Origin: an uncultured Gemmatimonadota bacterium
Lineage (GTDB): Bacteria; GCA-2686955
DNA: 20,000 nucleotides
Direction of reading: 5' to 3'
Assembly: GCA_964490075.1 (NCBI GenBank)
Contig: CAZBBK010000028.1
Location: 46,594-66,593, forward strand
Made by a program: the position numbers and the translations under genes. A model generated the notes under the pieces. The model saw nothing but the letters and a program-made list of their open reading frames with translations. It had not been told where the DNA came from and did no database searches. Below, piece by piece: positions 1-7,825 of this stretch; within the stretch, counting starts at the first letter, position 1; each line of letters begins with the position of its first letter.

Positions 1-1113
1 GTGGGGCTGCTGGGCACTCTGCTCTACGACACCGGCAAGCGCCGCAGGGCCGCACCCCTGACAACACCCGATGCCCTGGAGCTGCAGAGCTTGCTGGCCG
101 AGATGGTGGAGGCCGGCTGTGACGCGGCGGTCCTGGAGGCCTCGTCGCACGGGCTCGATCTGCACCGGCTGGAAGGCTGCGACGTGCACGTCGGGGTCTA
201 TACCAACCTGAGTCGCGATCACCTGGACTACCACGGCTCCATGGAGCGCTACCGCGAGGTGAAGCTGCGACTGATCGACCAGGTGCGTCATTCCACCGGT
301 CCCTGGGACCGGGCGGTGGTCTACGATCGCGGCGTCGCCGCCTGGAGAACAATCCCCGAGCGTGCCGATCGGCTGCCCCTGGTGGTCTACGACTCGAGCG
401 CCGGGGAATGCTGCGAAGGGGCCTACTCGGTCTGCGCTCGGGGCGCCGACCTGCGGGGATCGACCTTCGCGCTGCACGGGCCCGATCTGCCGGCGGCCGG
501 GCTCGAGGGCCGTCTGCCGCTTCCGGGCCGCCACAATCTGGCCAATGCGCTGGCCGCCCTGAGCGCCTGCGTCGCCTGCGGACTCGATCCCGCGGCGTTG
601 GTCGCGGGCCTGGCCGAGTTCGGCGGCGTGCCGGGCCGGCTGGAGCCGGTGGCCGGGGGCGCCGGCACGCCGAGGGTGCTGGTCGACTACGCCCACACCC
701 CGGACGCCGTCGCCCGCGTGTTGCGCGAGCTGCGGCCCTTGGTGCCGGGTCGGCTGATCGCGGTATTCGGCTGCGGGGGAGACCGCGACCGCGGCAAGCG
801 GCCGGAGATGGGGCGCGCGGCGACCACCATCGCCGACCTCGCCATTCTCACCAACGACAATCCGCGCAGCGAGGATCCGCGGCGCATTGCAGACGATGTG
901 CTGGCGGGGGTGGAGGGAAGTTGCGAGCTGATCCTGGACCGTCGCGAGGCGATCGCCCGGGCGATCGACGCGGCGAGCCGGGAGGACGTCGTCGTGCTGC
1001 TCGGCAAGGGGCACGAGGACTACCAGATCGTGGGCAGCGAGCGGCGCGCCTTCGACGACCGCCAGGTCGCCGCGGCGCTGCTCGAGGCCCGCGCGGGGGA
1101 ATCGCAATCATGA
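1..1113 (+). CDS. murE: UDP-N-acetylmuramoyl-L-alanyl-D-glutamate:2,6-diaminopimelate ligase (5'-truncated by window edge)
   Basis: Motifs LTTPD, EASSHGL, TNLSRDHLDYH, VPGRLE, VDYAHTPDA, FGCGGDRDRGKRP, DNPRSEDP (DNPR = meso-DAP specificity motif) and GKGHEDYQ. The P-loop lies upstream of base 1. Confidence 0.97.
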   Translation: MGLLGTLLYDTGKRRRAAPLTTPDALELQSLLAEMVEAGCDAAVLEASSHGLDLHRLEGCDVHVGVYTNLSRDHLDYHGSMERYREVKLRLIDQVRHSTGPWDRAVVYDRGVAAWRTIPERADRLPLVVYDSSAGECCEGAYSVCARGADLRGSTFALHGPDLPAAGLEGRLPLPGRHNLANALAALSACVACGLDPAALVAGLAEFGGVPGRLEPVAGGAGTPRVLVDYAHTPDAVARVLRELRPLVPGRLIAVFGCGGDRDRGKRPEMGRAATTIADLAILTNDNPRSEDPRRIADDVLAGVEGSCELILDRREAIARAIDAASREDVVVLLGKGHEDYQIVGSERRAFDDRQVAAALLEARAGESQS

Positions 1114-1478
1114 TCGAGATCTTGATCGTTGACGACAGCCCGGAGATCCGCGCCTTCATGGGTGAATGCGTGGAGATGATGGGCATGCGGGCCACCGTGG
1201 CGGCGAGCGCCGGCGAGGCCCTGAGGCGGCTGGCGAGCCAGCCGGTCGACCTGGTCATCTCCGACCTGGCGATGCCCGGCATCGACGGCTGGGGACTGAT
1301 CGACCGCCTGCGCGGCGTGCATCCCGGTGTGCCGGTGGTGCTGATGAGCGGCTGGGATGTCGATCGCCGGCTGGCCCGCGCGCGCGGGGCCGCCGGTTGG
1401 CTCTCCAAGCCCTTTGGATACCGCGCGATGAAAGAGGCGATCCGTCCCTGGGTCGCCCTGGAGGAAGAGCTGGTATGA
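1110..1478 (+). CDS. Stand-alone CheY-like response regulator (single receiver domain, 122 aa)
   Basis: ATG at 1110 overlaps the murE stop (ATGA). ILIVDD acidic pocket (D8,D9), phosphoacceptor D52 in VISDLAMPGIDG, S80 in VVLMSG, K100 in WLSKPF. No output domain. Confidence 0.92.
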   Translation: MIEILIVDDSPEIRAFMGECVEMMGMRATVAASAGEALRRLASQPVDLVISDLAMPGIDGWGLIDRLRGVHPGVPVVLMSGWDVDRRLARARGAAGWLSKPFGYRAMKEAIRPWVALEEELV

Positions 1479-1684
1479 CCGCCGAACGATTCTACTGCGA
1501 CCGCAATGGACTGGTGGACCGGAGCGCCTGCGGGCTCTGCTTCGCGGCTGACGCGCAGCGCGCCGCCACCTACGTCACGCGAGCGATCTGCGCCTCGGCC
1601 CACGGCCGCTGGCTCGATGAAGGGCTCGTGACGCAACCGGCCCGAGTGCCGATCCTGATCCCGGTCGAGAGCCGGGTGGCCTGA
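1475..1684 (+). CDS. Small Cys-rich hypothetical protein (69 aa), possible Zn or Fe-S binder
   Basis: ATG at 1475 overlaps the regulator stop (ATGA), with SD-like GGAGGA at 1460-1465. Sequence MTAERFYCDRNGLVDRSACGLCF...AICASAHG... has pattern C8-x10-C19-x2-C22-x16-C39-x3-H43. The ORF exactly fills the gap up to the murF SD. Confidence 0.75.
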   Translation: MTAERFYCDRNGLVDRSACGLCFAADAQRAATYVTRAICASAHGRWLDEGLVTQPARVPILIPVESRVA

Positions 1685-1690
1685 GGAGGT
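1683..1690 (+). promoter_or_regulatory. Strong Shine-Dalgarno site for murF
   Basis: GAGGAGGT overlapping the stop of the Cys-rich ORF, 7 nt before GTG at 1698. Confidence 0.85.
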
Positions 1691-1697
1691 CGCGATC

Positions 1698-3092
1698 GTG
1701 GCCTGGACCGTCGCCGAGATCGCCGCCATCGCCAGGGGCGTGGTGCTGCGCGGGGACGCGTCCGCGACCCTCACCGGTGTCAGCATCGACAGCCGGCGCG
1801 TGACCCCCGGTGATCTCTTCGTGGCTTTGCCGGGGGAACAGAGCGACGGCCACGACCACGTCGACGCGGCTCTGGCCGCCGGCGCGGTCGCGGCGTGCGT
1901 GCGTCATTCCTGGACGTCTCCGCACGCCGTGGAGGGGACGCTGCTCGGTGTCTCCGACCCGCTGGCGGCGCTGCAGAGCTGGGCCGAGGCCCACCTGCTG
2001 AGCCTGACAGCGCGCACCGTCGGTGTGACCGGCAGCAACGGCAAGACCACCACCAAGGACCTGGCGCGCGTCGCTCTCGGGGGCGGGGCGCGGATCGGTG
2101 CCACCCTCGGCAACTACAACAACCAGATCGGCCTGCCGCTCTCGATCCTGGCCATGGGGCCCGAGGTGCGGATCGCGGTGCTGGAGATGGGGATGTCGAC
2201 TCCCGGCGAGATCGCGCGCCTGGTCGAGATCGCCCCGCCGGAGGTGGCGGTGATCACCAACGTGGGGCCGGCCCACCTGGAGAGCCTGGGAAGCATCGAG
2301 GCGATCGCCCGCGCCAAGCTGGAGATCCTGAACCGCGCTCCGGCGCTCGCGCTGCTGCCCTGTGGCGCGCCGCGGCTGCTGGAACCGGCCCGCGAGCGGC
2401 TCGCCGCGGGACAGAGCCTGCGCACCTTCGGCACCCAGCCCGAGGCCGACTACCGGGCCACCGACATCGAGGCGACGGGCGCCGGGGGCACGCGCTTCCT
2501 GGTCAACGGCAAGGGGCCGGTCGAGCTGCCGATCTTCGGCGTCCACAACGTGTTGAACGCTCTGGCGGCGATCGCCGTCGCGGAGCGCATGGGGCGCGCC
2601 TGGGACGAGATCCGCGCCGCCCTGGCGGCGGCCTCGCCGGCGCCGATGCGCTCGGAGTGGAGGCGGATCGGCGCCCTGCGTCTGATCAACGACGCCTACA
2701 ACGCCAACCCCGCCTCGATGGTCGCGGCGATCAAGTCCCTGGCCGCCACGCCGGCCCAGGGGCGGCGAGTGCTGGTGCTCGGCGACATGTTGGAGCTCGG
2801 GCCGCGCGCCGCTGAGCACCATCGCAGCGTCGGCCTGGCCGCCGATTCCGCCGGCATCGATCTGCTGCTGACGGTGGGAGAGCGGGCGGCCGAGATCAGC
2901 GCCGCGGCGAGCCGTCTGAGCGGCGCCGGACAGGCCCATCATTTCGCAGCAATAGGCGCGGCCGCCGAGTTTCTGGCCGGAGCCGGCGCGGCCGGCGACC
3001 TGGTGCTGATCAAGGCCTCGCGCGGCATGGCCCTGGAGGGGCTGATCGACGAGCTGGCGCTGATTCTGGGCGCCCGCGAGGGGGACGACTGA
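1698..3092 (+). CDS. murF: UDP-N-acetylmuramoyl-tripeptide:D-alanyl-D-alanine ligase
   Basis: Motifs SIDSR, DGHD, VTGSNGKTTTKD, NYNNQIGLPL, LEMGM, AHLE, INDAYNANPASM, LGDMLELG, KASRG. Confidence 0.97.
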   Translation: MAWTVAEIAAIARGVVLRGDASATLTGVSIDSRRVTPGDLFVALPGEQSDGHDHVDAALAAGAVAACVRHSWTSPHAVEGTLLGVSDPLAALQSWAEAHLLSLTARTVGVTGSNGKTTTKDLARVALGGGARIGATLGNYNNQIGLPLSILAMGPEVRIAVLEMGMSTPGEIARLVEIAPPEVAVITNVGPAHLESLGSIEAIARAKLEILNRAPALALLPCGAPRLLEPARERLAAGQSLRTFGTQPEADYRATDIEATGAGGTRFLVNGKGPVELPIFGVHNVLNALAAIAVAERMGRAWDEIRAALAAASPAPMRSEWRRIGALRLINDAYNANPASMVAAIKSLAATPAQGRRVLVLGDMLELGPRAAEHHRSVGLAADSAGIDLLLTVGERAAEISAAASRLSGAGQAHHFAAIGAAAEFLAGAGAAGDLVLIKASRGMALEGLIDELALILGAREGDD

Positions 3093-4186
3093 TGCTCTAC
3101 CACCTGCTGGCACCGCTGGCGCCGCATTTCGCGTTGTTCAACGTCTTTCGCTATATCACCTTCCGCGCCACCTACGCGGCCGTCACCGCGCTGGTGGTCA
3201 GTCTGCTGCTGGGGCCCTGGGTGATCGAGCGCCTGCGCCGCTCGAGCTATCGCGAGTCGATCCGCAGCGAGGGGCCGGAGTCGCACCGCAGCAAGGCCGG
3301 GACGCCGACCATGGGCGGCGTGCTGATCCTGATGGCGGTGCTCGGCTCGACCCTGCTCTGGGCCGACCTCACCAATCGCTCGGTGCTGCTGGTGCTGCTG
3401 GTCACATCCGTGCTCGGCGGCGTCGGCTTCCTCGACGACCATCTCAAGAACGTGCGCCGTCTGCCGGAGGGACTGATCGCTCGCTACAAGCTGGTGGCGC
3501 AGGTCGCCCTGGGGCTGATCGTCGGCGCCGCGCTCTACTTCTGGCCCGAGAACCCCGCGCTGCACGACGCGACCACCGTCCCCTTCTTCAAGGTCCAGAC
3601 CCTGACCCTGCACCTCTCCCTTCTCTATATCCCCTTCGTCACCTTCGTGATCACCGGCTCGTCCAACGCCGTCAACCTCACCGACGGACTGGACGGCCTG
3701 GCGATCGGCCTGGTGGCGATCGCCGCCACCGGCCTCGGGATCTTCGCCTACCTCACTGGTCACCAGGACTTCGCCGACTACCTCGGCCTGCATCACATCC
3801 CCAGCGCCGGCGAGCTGACGGTGTTCTGTTCGGCGCTGGCGGGGGCGTCGCTCGGCTTTCTCTACTACAACTGCCATCCCGCCGACGTCTTCATGGGCGA
3901 CACCGGCTCCTTGCCGATCGGTGGGGCGCTGGGGGCGATGGCGGTGCTGCTCAAGCGGGAGCTGGTCTGGGCGGTGATCGGCGGTGTGTTCTTCGTCGAG
4001 ACCCTGAGCGTGATCATCCAGGTCTGGTACTTCCGCCGCACAGGGGGCAAGCGTTTCTTTCGGATGGCGCCGATCCACCATCACTTCGAACAGCTCGGCT
4101 GGGCCGAGAATCGCGTCGTGGTGCGCTTCTGGCTGGCCGGCGTGTTGCTGCTCCTGGTGGCTCTCTCGACCCTCAAGGTGCAATGA
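3092..4186 (+). CDS. mraY: Phospho-N-acetylmuramoyl-pentapeptide transferase
   Basis: Motifs KAGTPTMGG, GFLDD, SNAVNLTDGLDGLA, VFMGDTGSL, ETLSVIIQV, MAPIHHHFE. Multi-TM protein; TGATG overlap with murF. Confidence 0.98.
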   Translation: MLYHLLAPLAPHFALFNVFRYITFRATYAAVTALVVSLLLGPWVIERLRRSSYRESIRSEGPESHRSKAGTPTMGGVLILMAVLGSTLLWADLTNRSVLLVLLVTSVLGGVGFLDDHLKNVRRLPEGLIARYKLVAQVALGLIVGAALYFWPENPALHDATTVPFFKVQTLTLHLSLLYIPFVTFVITGSSNAVNLTDGLDGLAIGLVAIAATGLGIFAYLTGHQDFADYLGLHHIPSAGELTVFCSALAGASLGFLYYNCHPADVFMGDTGSLPIGGALGAMAVLLKRELVWAVIGGVFFVETLSVIIQVWYFRRTGGKRFFRMAPIHHHFEQLGWAENRVVVRFWLAGVLLLLVALSTLKVQ

Positions 4187-5493
4187 CCGACACTTTCCCC
4201 CCCAGGTTCGATGGCCGGCGGGTCTGCATCGTCGGCGCGGCCCGCAGCGGGCTGGCGGCGGCGCGCGCGGTGGCGGCGTGCGGGGGCGTGCCTTTCGTGA
4301 CCGACTCGGCGCGCGGCGGGGAGCGGGAGCTCACGCGCTCCGGCTTCGAGTTCGAGCTCGGCGGGCATACGGCGGCGGCGCTGCGCGGCGTCGGTCTGGT
4401 GGTGGTCAGCCCCGGCGTGCCCTGGTCGGCCCCGCTGCTGGAGCGGGCCCGGGCGCGCGCCATCGAGGTGATCGCCGAGGTCGAGCTGGCCTGGCGCCTG
4501 ACCCGCGCCACACTGGTCGGCATCACCGGATCGAACGGCAAGTCGACCACCACCGCGCTGGCCGCCCATCTGCTGCGGGCTCTGGGCCGCGACGCCGAGG
4601 CCTGCGGCAACATCGGCCGCCCGCTCTGCGATCTGGCACTGGACGCACCGGCCGAGCGCATTCTGGTGGCGGAGCTCTCGAGCTTTCAGCTCGAAGGCGT
4701 GGTCGACTTCCGGCCACGGGTCTCGGCGCTGCTGAACCTGAGCCCCGATCACCTGGAGCGCCACGGCGGCTTCACCGGCTACGTCGAGGCCAAGACCGCC
4801 ATCTTCCGGCGCGCTCGGCTGGGCGACCACGTGGTGCTCTCGGCGGTCGATCCGGCCACCCGGGCGCTGGCCCGGAGAGTTCCACCGGGGGTGCGGATTC
4901 GCCTGGTCGGGGCCGAGTTCCCACCCGATCCGGCGCTCGACGCCCTGGCCCTGCCGGGGACCCACAACCGTGCCAACGCCGCGGCGGCGCTGGCCATCGT
5001 GCGCTGCCTGGTTCCGGCCGCCGCGACTCCGACGCTCGAGGCCGCCTGCGCCTCTTTCCGCGCCCTGCCGCACCGCCAGGAGACGCTGGGCGAGCGCCAG
5101 CGGGTGCTCTACGTCAACGACTCCAAGGCGACCAATGTCGACTCGACCTGCATGGCGCTACGCACTTACGCCAAGGGCGTGATCTGGATCGCTGGCGGCC
5201 GCGACAAGGGATCCGACCTGCGGCCTCTGGTGGAAGCGGCGCGCGGTCGGGTGCTGCGCGCACTGCTGATCGGTGAGGCGGCGCGGCGCCTGGCTGGGGC
5301 CCTGGAGGAAGCGATCGAGGTCGAGCAAGTCGGCACGCTCGACGCCGCGATCACCCGCGCCCGCGCCATCGCCCGGCCGGGAAATGTGGTGCTGCTTTCG
5401 CCCGCCTGCTCATCCTACGACCAGTTCGCCGACTTCGAGCAACGCGGCGAGGCCATGCGCACGTTGATCGGCGCCGCGGGAGAGGGCTCATGA
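4183..5493 (+). CDS. murD: UDP-N-acetylmuramoyl-L-alanine:D-glutamate ligase
   Basis: Motifs GAARSG, VSPGVP, ITGSNGKSTT, GNIG, ELSSFQL, LNLSPDHLERH, NDSKATN, GGRDKG, LLSPACSSYDQF. Confidence 0.97.
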   Translation: MTDTFPPRFDGRRVCIVGAARSGLAAARAVAACGGVPFVTDSARGGERELTRSGFEFELGGHTAAALRGVGLVVVSPGVPWSAPLLERARARAIEVIAEVELAWRLTRATLVGITGSNGKSTTTALAAHLLRALGRDAEACGNIGRPLCDLALDAPAERILVAELSSFQLEGVVDFRPRVSALLNLSPDHLERHGGFTGYVEAKTAIFRRARLGDHVVLSAVDPATRALARRVPPGVRIRLVGAEFPPDPALDALALPGTHNRANAAAALAIVRCLVPAAATPTLEAACASFRALPHRQETLGERQRVLYVNDSKATNVDSTCMALRTYAKGVIWIAGGRDKGSDLRPLVEAARGRVLRALLIGEAARRLAGALEEAIEVEQVGTLDAAITRARAIARPGNVVLLSPACSSYDQFADFEQRGEAMRTLIGAAGEGS

Positions 5494-6662
5494 GGGGATT
5501 GCACTCGTGGCTCGCCCGCACCCGGGATCAGCTGAGCGACCCGCTGGTGGGACGCATCTTCTTCGTCAGCGTGGTGCTCCTGCTGCTCGGTACGGGCTTC
5601 GTCTTCAGTGCCTCCTCCGCCCGCGCGGTGCGCGACTATGGGGACTCCTACTTCTTCGTGCGCGAGCATTTCTGGCGCGTGATCGCGGCGCTCGGGTTCT
5701 GCCTCGCGATCTCGGCGATCGACTATCACCATCTGAAGCGCGCCGGCAAGGCGGCGTGCGCATTGTCGCTGGTGGTCCTGGTGGCGATGTTGATGCTGCC
5801 CACCTCGGTGGTGCCGGAGATCAACGGCGCGCGGCGTTGGCTCGACCTGCAGATCGTGCCGCGCCTGCAGCCCTCGGAGTTCGCGCGGTTGGCGATTCTG
5901 CTCTACCTGGCGGAGTTCCTGTCGCGCAAGGGCGATTCGGTGCGGGACTTCTGGAACGGCGTGCTGCCGGCGATGGTGGCCGGAACGATGGTCGCCGCGG
6001 TGGTGCTGGCGGGACGCGATCTGGGCACCGCGATCACCCTCGGCGCGCTGGTCTGGAGCATGATCTGGCTCGGCGGCGCGCGCCACCGGCACATGCTGGC
6101 GGCCGGCGCGGTCGGCCTGGCGGCGGCGGCCTGCGCGATCTATCTCTCGCCCTACCGGCGTCTGCGCTGGACCGCCCATATCACGGGCGATGCCGACCCC
6201 CTGGGTGCCGGCTACCACGCCCACCAGTCGCTGATCGGCCTGGCCGGAGGGGGCTGGTTCGGCGAGGGGATCGGTCAGTCGTGGCAGAAGCATTTTTTCC
6301 TGCCGGAGGCCCACACCGATTTCGTGTTCGCGATCGTCGGCGAGGAGATCGGTTTCTTCGGCGCGACCGGTGTGCTGGTCCTCTACGGCTGGCTGGCCTG
6401 GCTCTGCCTGCAGGCCGCACGCCGCGCAAACGACGATTTCGGTCGCTATCTGGCGCTGGGCGCCGGGGTGTCGCTGGTTCTCAATACCCTGCTTCACGCC
6501 GCGGTGGTCTCGGCTCTGATCCCGCCCACCGGAGTGCCGATGCCGCTGCTCTCCTACGGTGGCTCCTCGCTGATCGCGACGATGATCTCGCTCGGCATGG
6601 TGATGAGTGTCGCGGCGCGGGGCAAGGTCGTTCCGGTCCCCGGCAAAGCGAGGAGCGGGTGA
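5490..6662 (+). CDS. ftsW: SEDS-family peptidoglycan polymerase FtsW
   Basis: Motifs INGARRW, LQPSEF, DLGT, LPEAHTDF, PPTGVPMPLLSYGGSS. Multi-TM protein located between murD and murG. Confidence 0.95.
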   Translation: MRGLHSWLARTRDQLSDPLVGRIFFVSVVLLLLGTGFVFSASSARAVRDYGDSYFFVREHFWRVIAALGFCLAISAIDYHHLKRAGKAACALSLVVLVAMLMLPTSVVPEINGARRWLDLQIVPRLQPSEFARLAILLYLAEFLSRKGDSVRDFWNGVLPAMVAGTMVAAVVLAGRDLGTAITLGALVWSMIWLGGARHRHMLAAGAVGLAAAACAIYLSPYRRLRWTAHITGDADPLGAGYHAHQSLIGLAGGGWFGEGIGQSWQKHFFLPEAHTDFVFAIVGEEIGFFGATGVLVLYGWLAWLCLQAARRANDDFGRYLALGAGVSLVLNTLLHAAVVSALIPPTGVPMPLLSYGGSSLIATMISLGMVMSVAARGKVVPVPGKARSG

Positions 6663-7825
6663 TGCGGGTGCTCTTCGCCGGCGGCGGTACCGGAGGACAT
6701 GTCTACCCGGCCCTGGCGGTCGCCGAGTTCATGGCCGGCGCCGAGATGCTCTTCGTCGGCTCGCAGCGCGGAATCGAGGAGGGGATCGTGCGCGGTGCCG
6801 GTCTGGAGTATCGGGGTCTGCCGATCGAGGGGCTGCACCGGCGCCTGACGGCCGAAAATCTGTTGTTTCCGGTGCGCCTGGCGACGGCCCTGGCGGCGGC
6901 CTGGGCCCTGGTGCGTGCTTTTCGGCCGCAGGTGGTGCTGGGGACCGGCGGATTCGCCAGCGCTCCGCCGGTGCTGGCGGCGCAGCTGCGCGGGGTGCCG
7001 ACGCTGCTCCAGGAACAGAATGCCTATCCCGGAGTGACCACGCGGCTGCTGGCGCGGCGCGCATGCGAGGTGCACATCGCCTTCCAGGAGGCGGCGGCAC
7101 GGTTGCCGCGCAGCGCCGAAGCACGCACCCGGCTGACCGGCAATCCGGTGCGCGGCTCGCTGGTCGAGCGCCTTGGCGCTGCCGGCTCCCGCGCGCAGGG
7201 AGCGGCGGAGCGGCGCGCCGCGCGGGCACGAATCGAGGGGCTCGATGCCGACCTGCCGGTGGTTCTGGTGTTCGGCGGCAGCCAGGGCTCGCGCCTGCTC
7301 AATACCGCGCTGGCGGCCTTCCTGGAGGCGGGTCCGGATGCCGTGACGATCCCGTTCCAGATCCTCTGGGCCACCGGGCGCAAGCTCCACCAGGAGGTAC
7401 TGGAGCGTCAGCTTCCGGCCGAGCCGGCGCTGCCCGTGCAAGTGCGTCCCTACCTGGAGGAGATCTCGGTGGCCTATGCCGCGGCCGACCTGGTGGTTTG
7501 TCGGGCAGGGGCGATCACCTGCGCGGAGCTGGCCCTGGTCGGCCGGCCGGCGCTGCTGGTGCCGCTGGCGTCGGCGGCCGGCGACCACCAGGGCCACAAC
7601 GCAGCCGCCCTCGCCGGGGCCGGGGCGGCACGGATGCTGGAAGAGCGCCGGCTGCGCGAGGGCGCCGCCGGAGGCCGCGAGCTGGGGCGGATGATCGGCG
7701 AGCTGATGGCCGACCGTGCCGCGTTGGAGAGGATGGCGGGCGCCGCACGCGCCCTGGCACGCCCCGATGCCGCACGCACCATCTCGGAGCGGCTGCGGGC
7801 GCTGGCCGGAGGAGCGCGATCATGA
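6662..7825 (+). CDS. murG: Lipid I N-acetylglucosamine transferase (387 aa)
   Basis: ATG at 6662 (TGATG overlap, SD GAGGAG upstream). Motifs AGGGTGGHVYPA, GTGGFAS, EQNAYPG, TGNPVR, FGGSQG, RAGA, HQ..NA. Confidence 0.97.
   Translation: MRVLFAGGGTGGHVYPALAVAEFMAGAEMLFVGSQRGIEEGIVRGAGLEYRGLPIEGLHRRLTAENLLFPVRLATALAAAWALVRAFRPQVVLGTGGFASAPPVLAAQLRGVPTLLQEQNAYPGVTTRLLARRACEVHIAFQEAAARLPRSAEARTRLTGNPVRGSLVERLGAAGSRAQGAAERRAARARIEGLDADLPVVLVFGGSQGSRLLNTALAAFLEAGPDAVTIPFQILWATGRKLHQEVLERQLPAEPALPVQVRPYLEEISVAYAAADLVVCRAGAITCAELALVGRPALLVPLASAAGDHQGHNAAALAGAGAARMLEERRLREGAAGGRELGRMIGELMADRAALERMAGAARALARPDAARTISERLRALAGGARS

Noticed and set aside
408-1109. N-terminal extension of the 356-aa ORF 408..1478
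   Set aside because: Arg/Gly/Pro-rich off-frame translation of murE. The receiver domain begins at ATG 1110, coupled to the murE stop.
1166-1474. N-terminal extension of the 172-aa ORF 1166..1684
   Set aside because: Off-frame read of the regulator gene. The SD and ATGA overlap place the real start at 1475.
1475-1684. Assignment of the Cys-rich protein to WhiB/Wbl or ferredoxin
   Set aside because: Cys spacing differs (16 residues between the third and fourth Cys, no G[V/I]WGG turn, no CxxCxxC).
5507-7821. Apparent giant 772-aa MurG and 1215-aa MurC ORFs suggesting extra fusions
   Set aside because: The upstream portions are stop-free alternative frames of ftsW and murG, typical of high GC. 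True starts are 6662 and 7822, with SDs.
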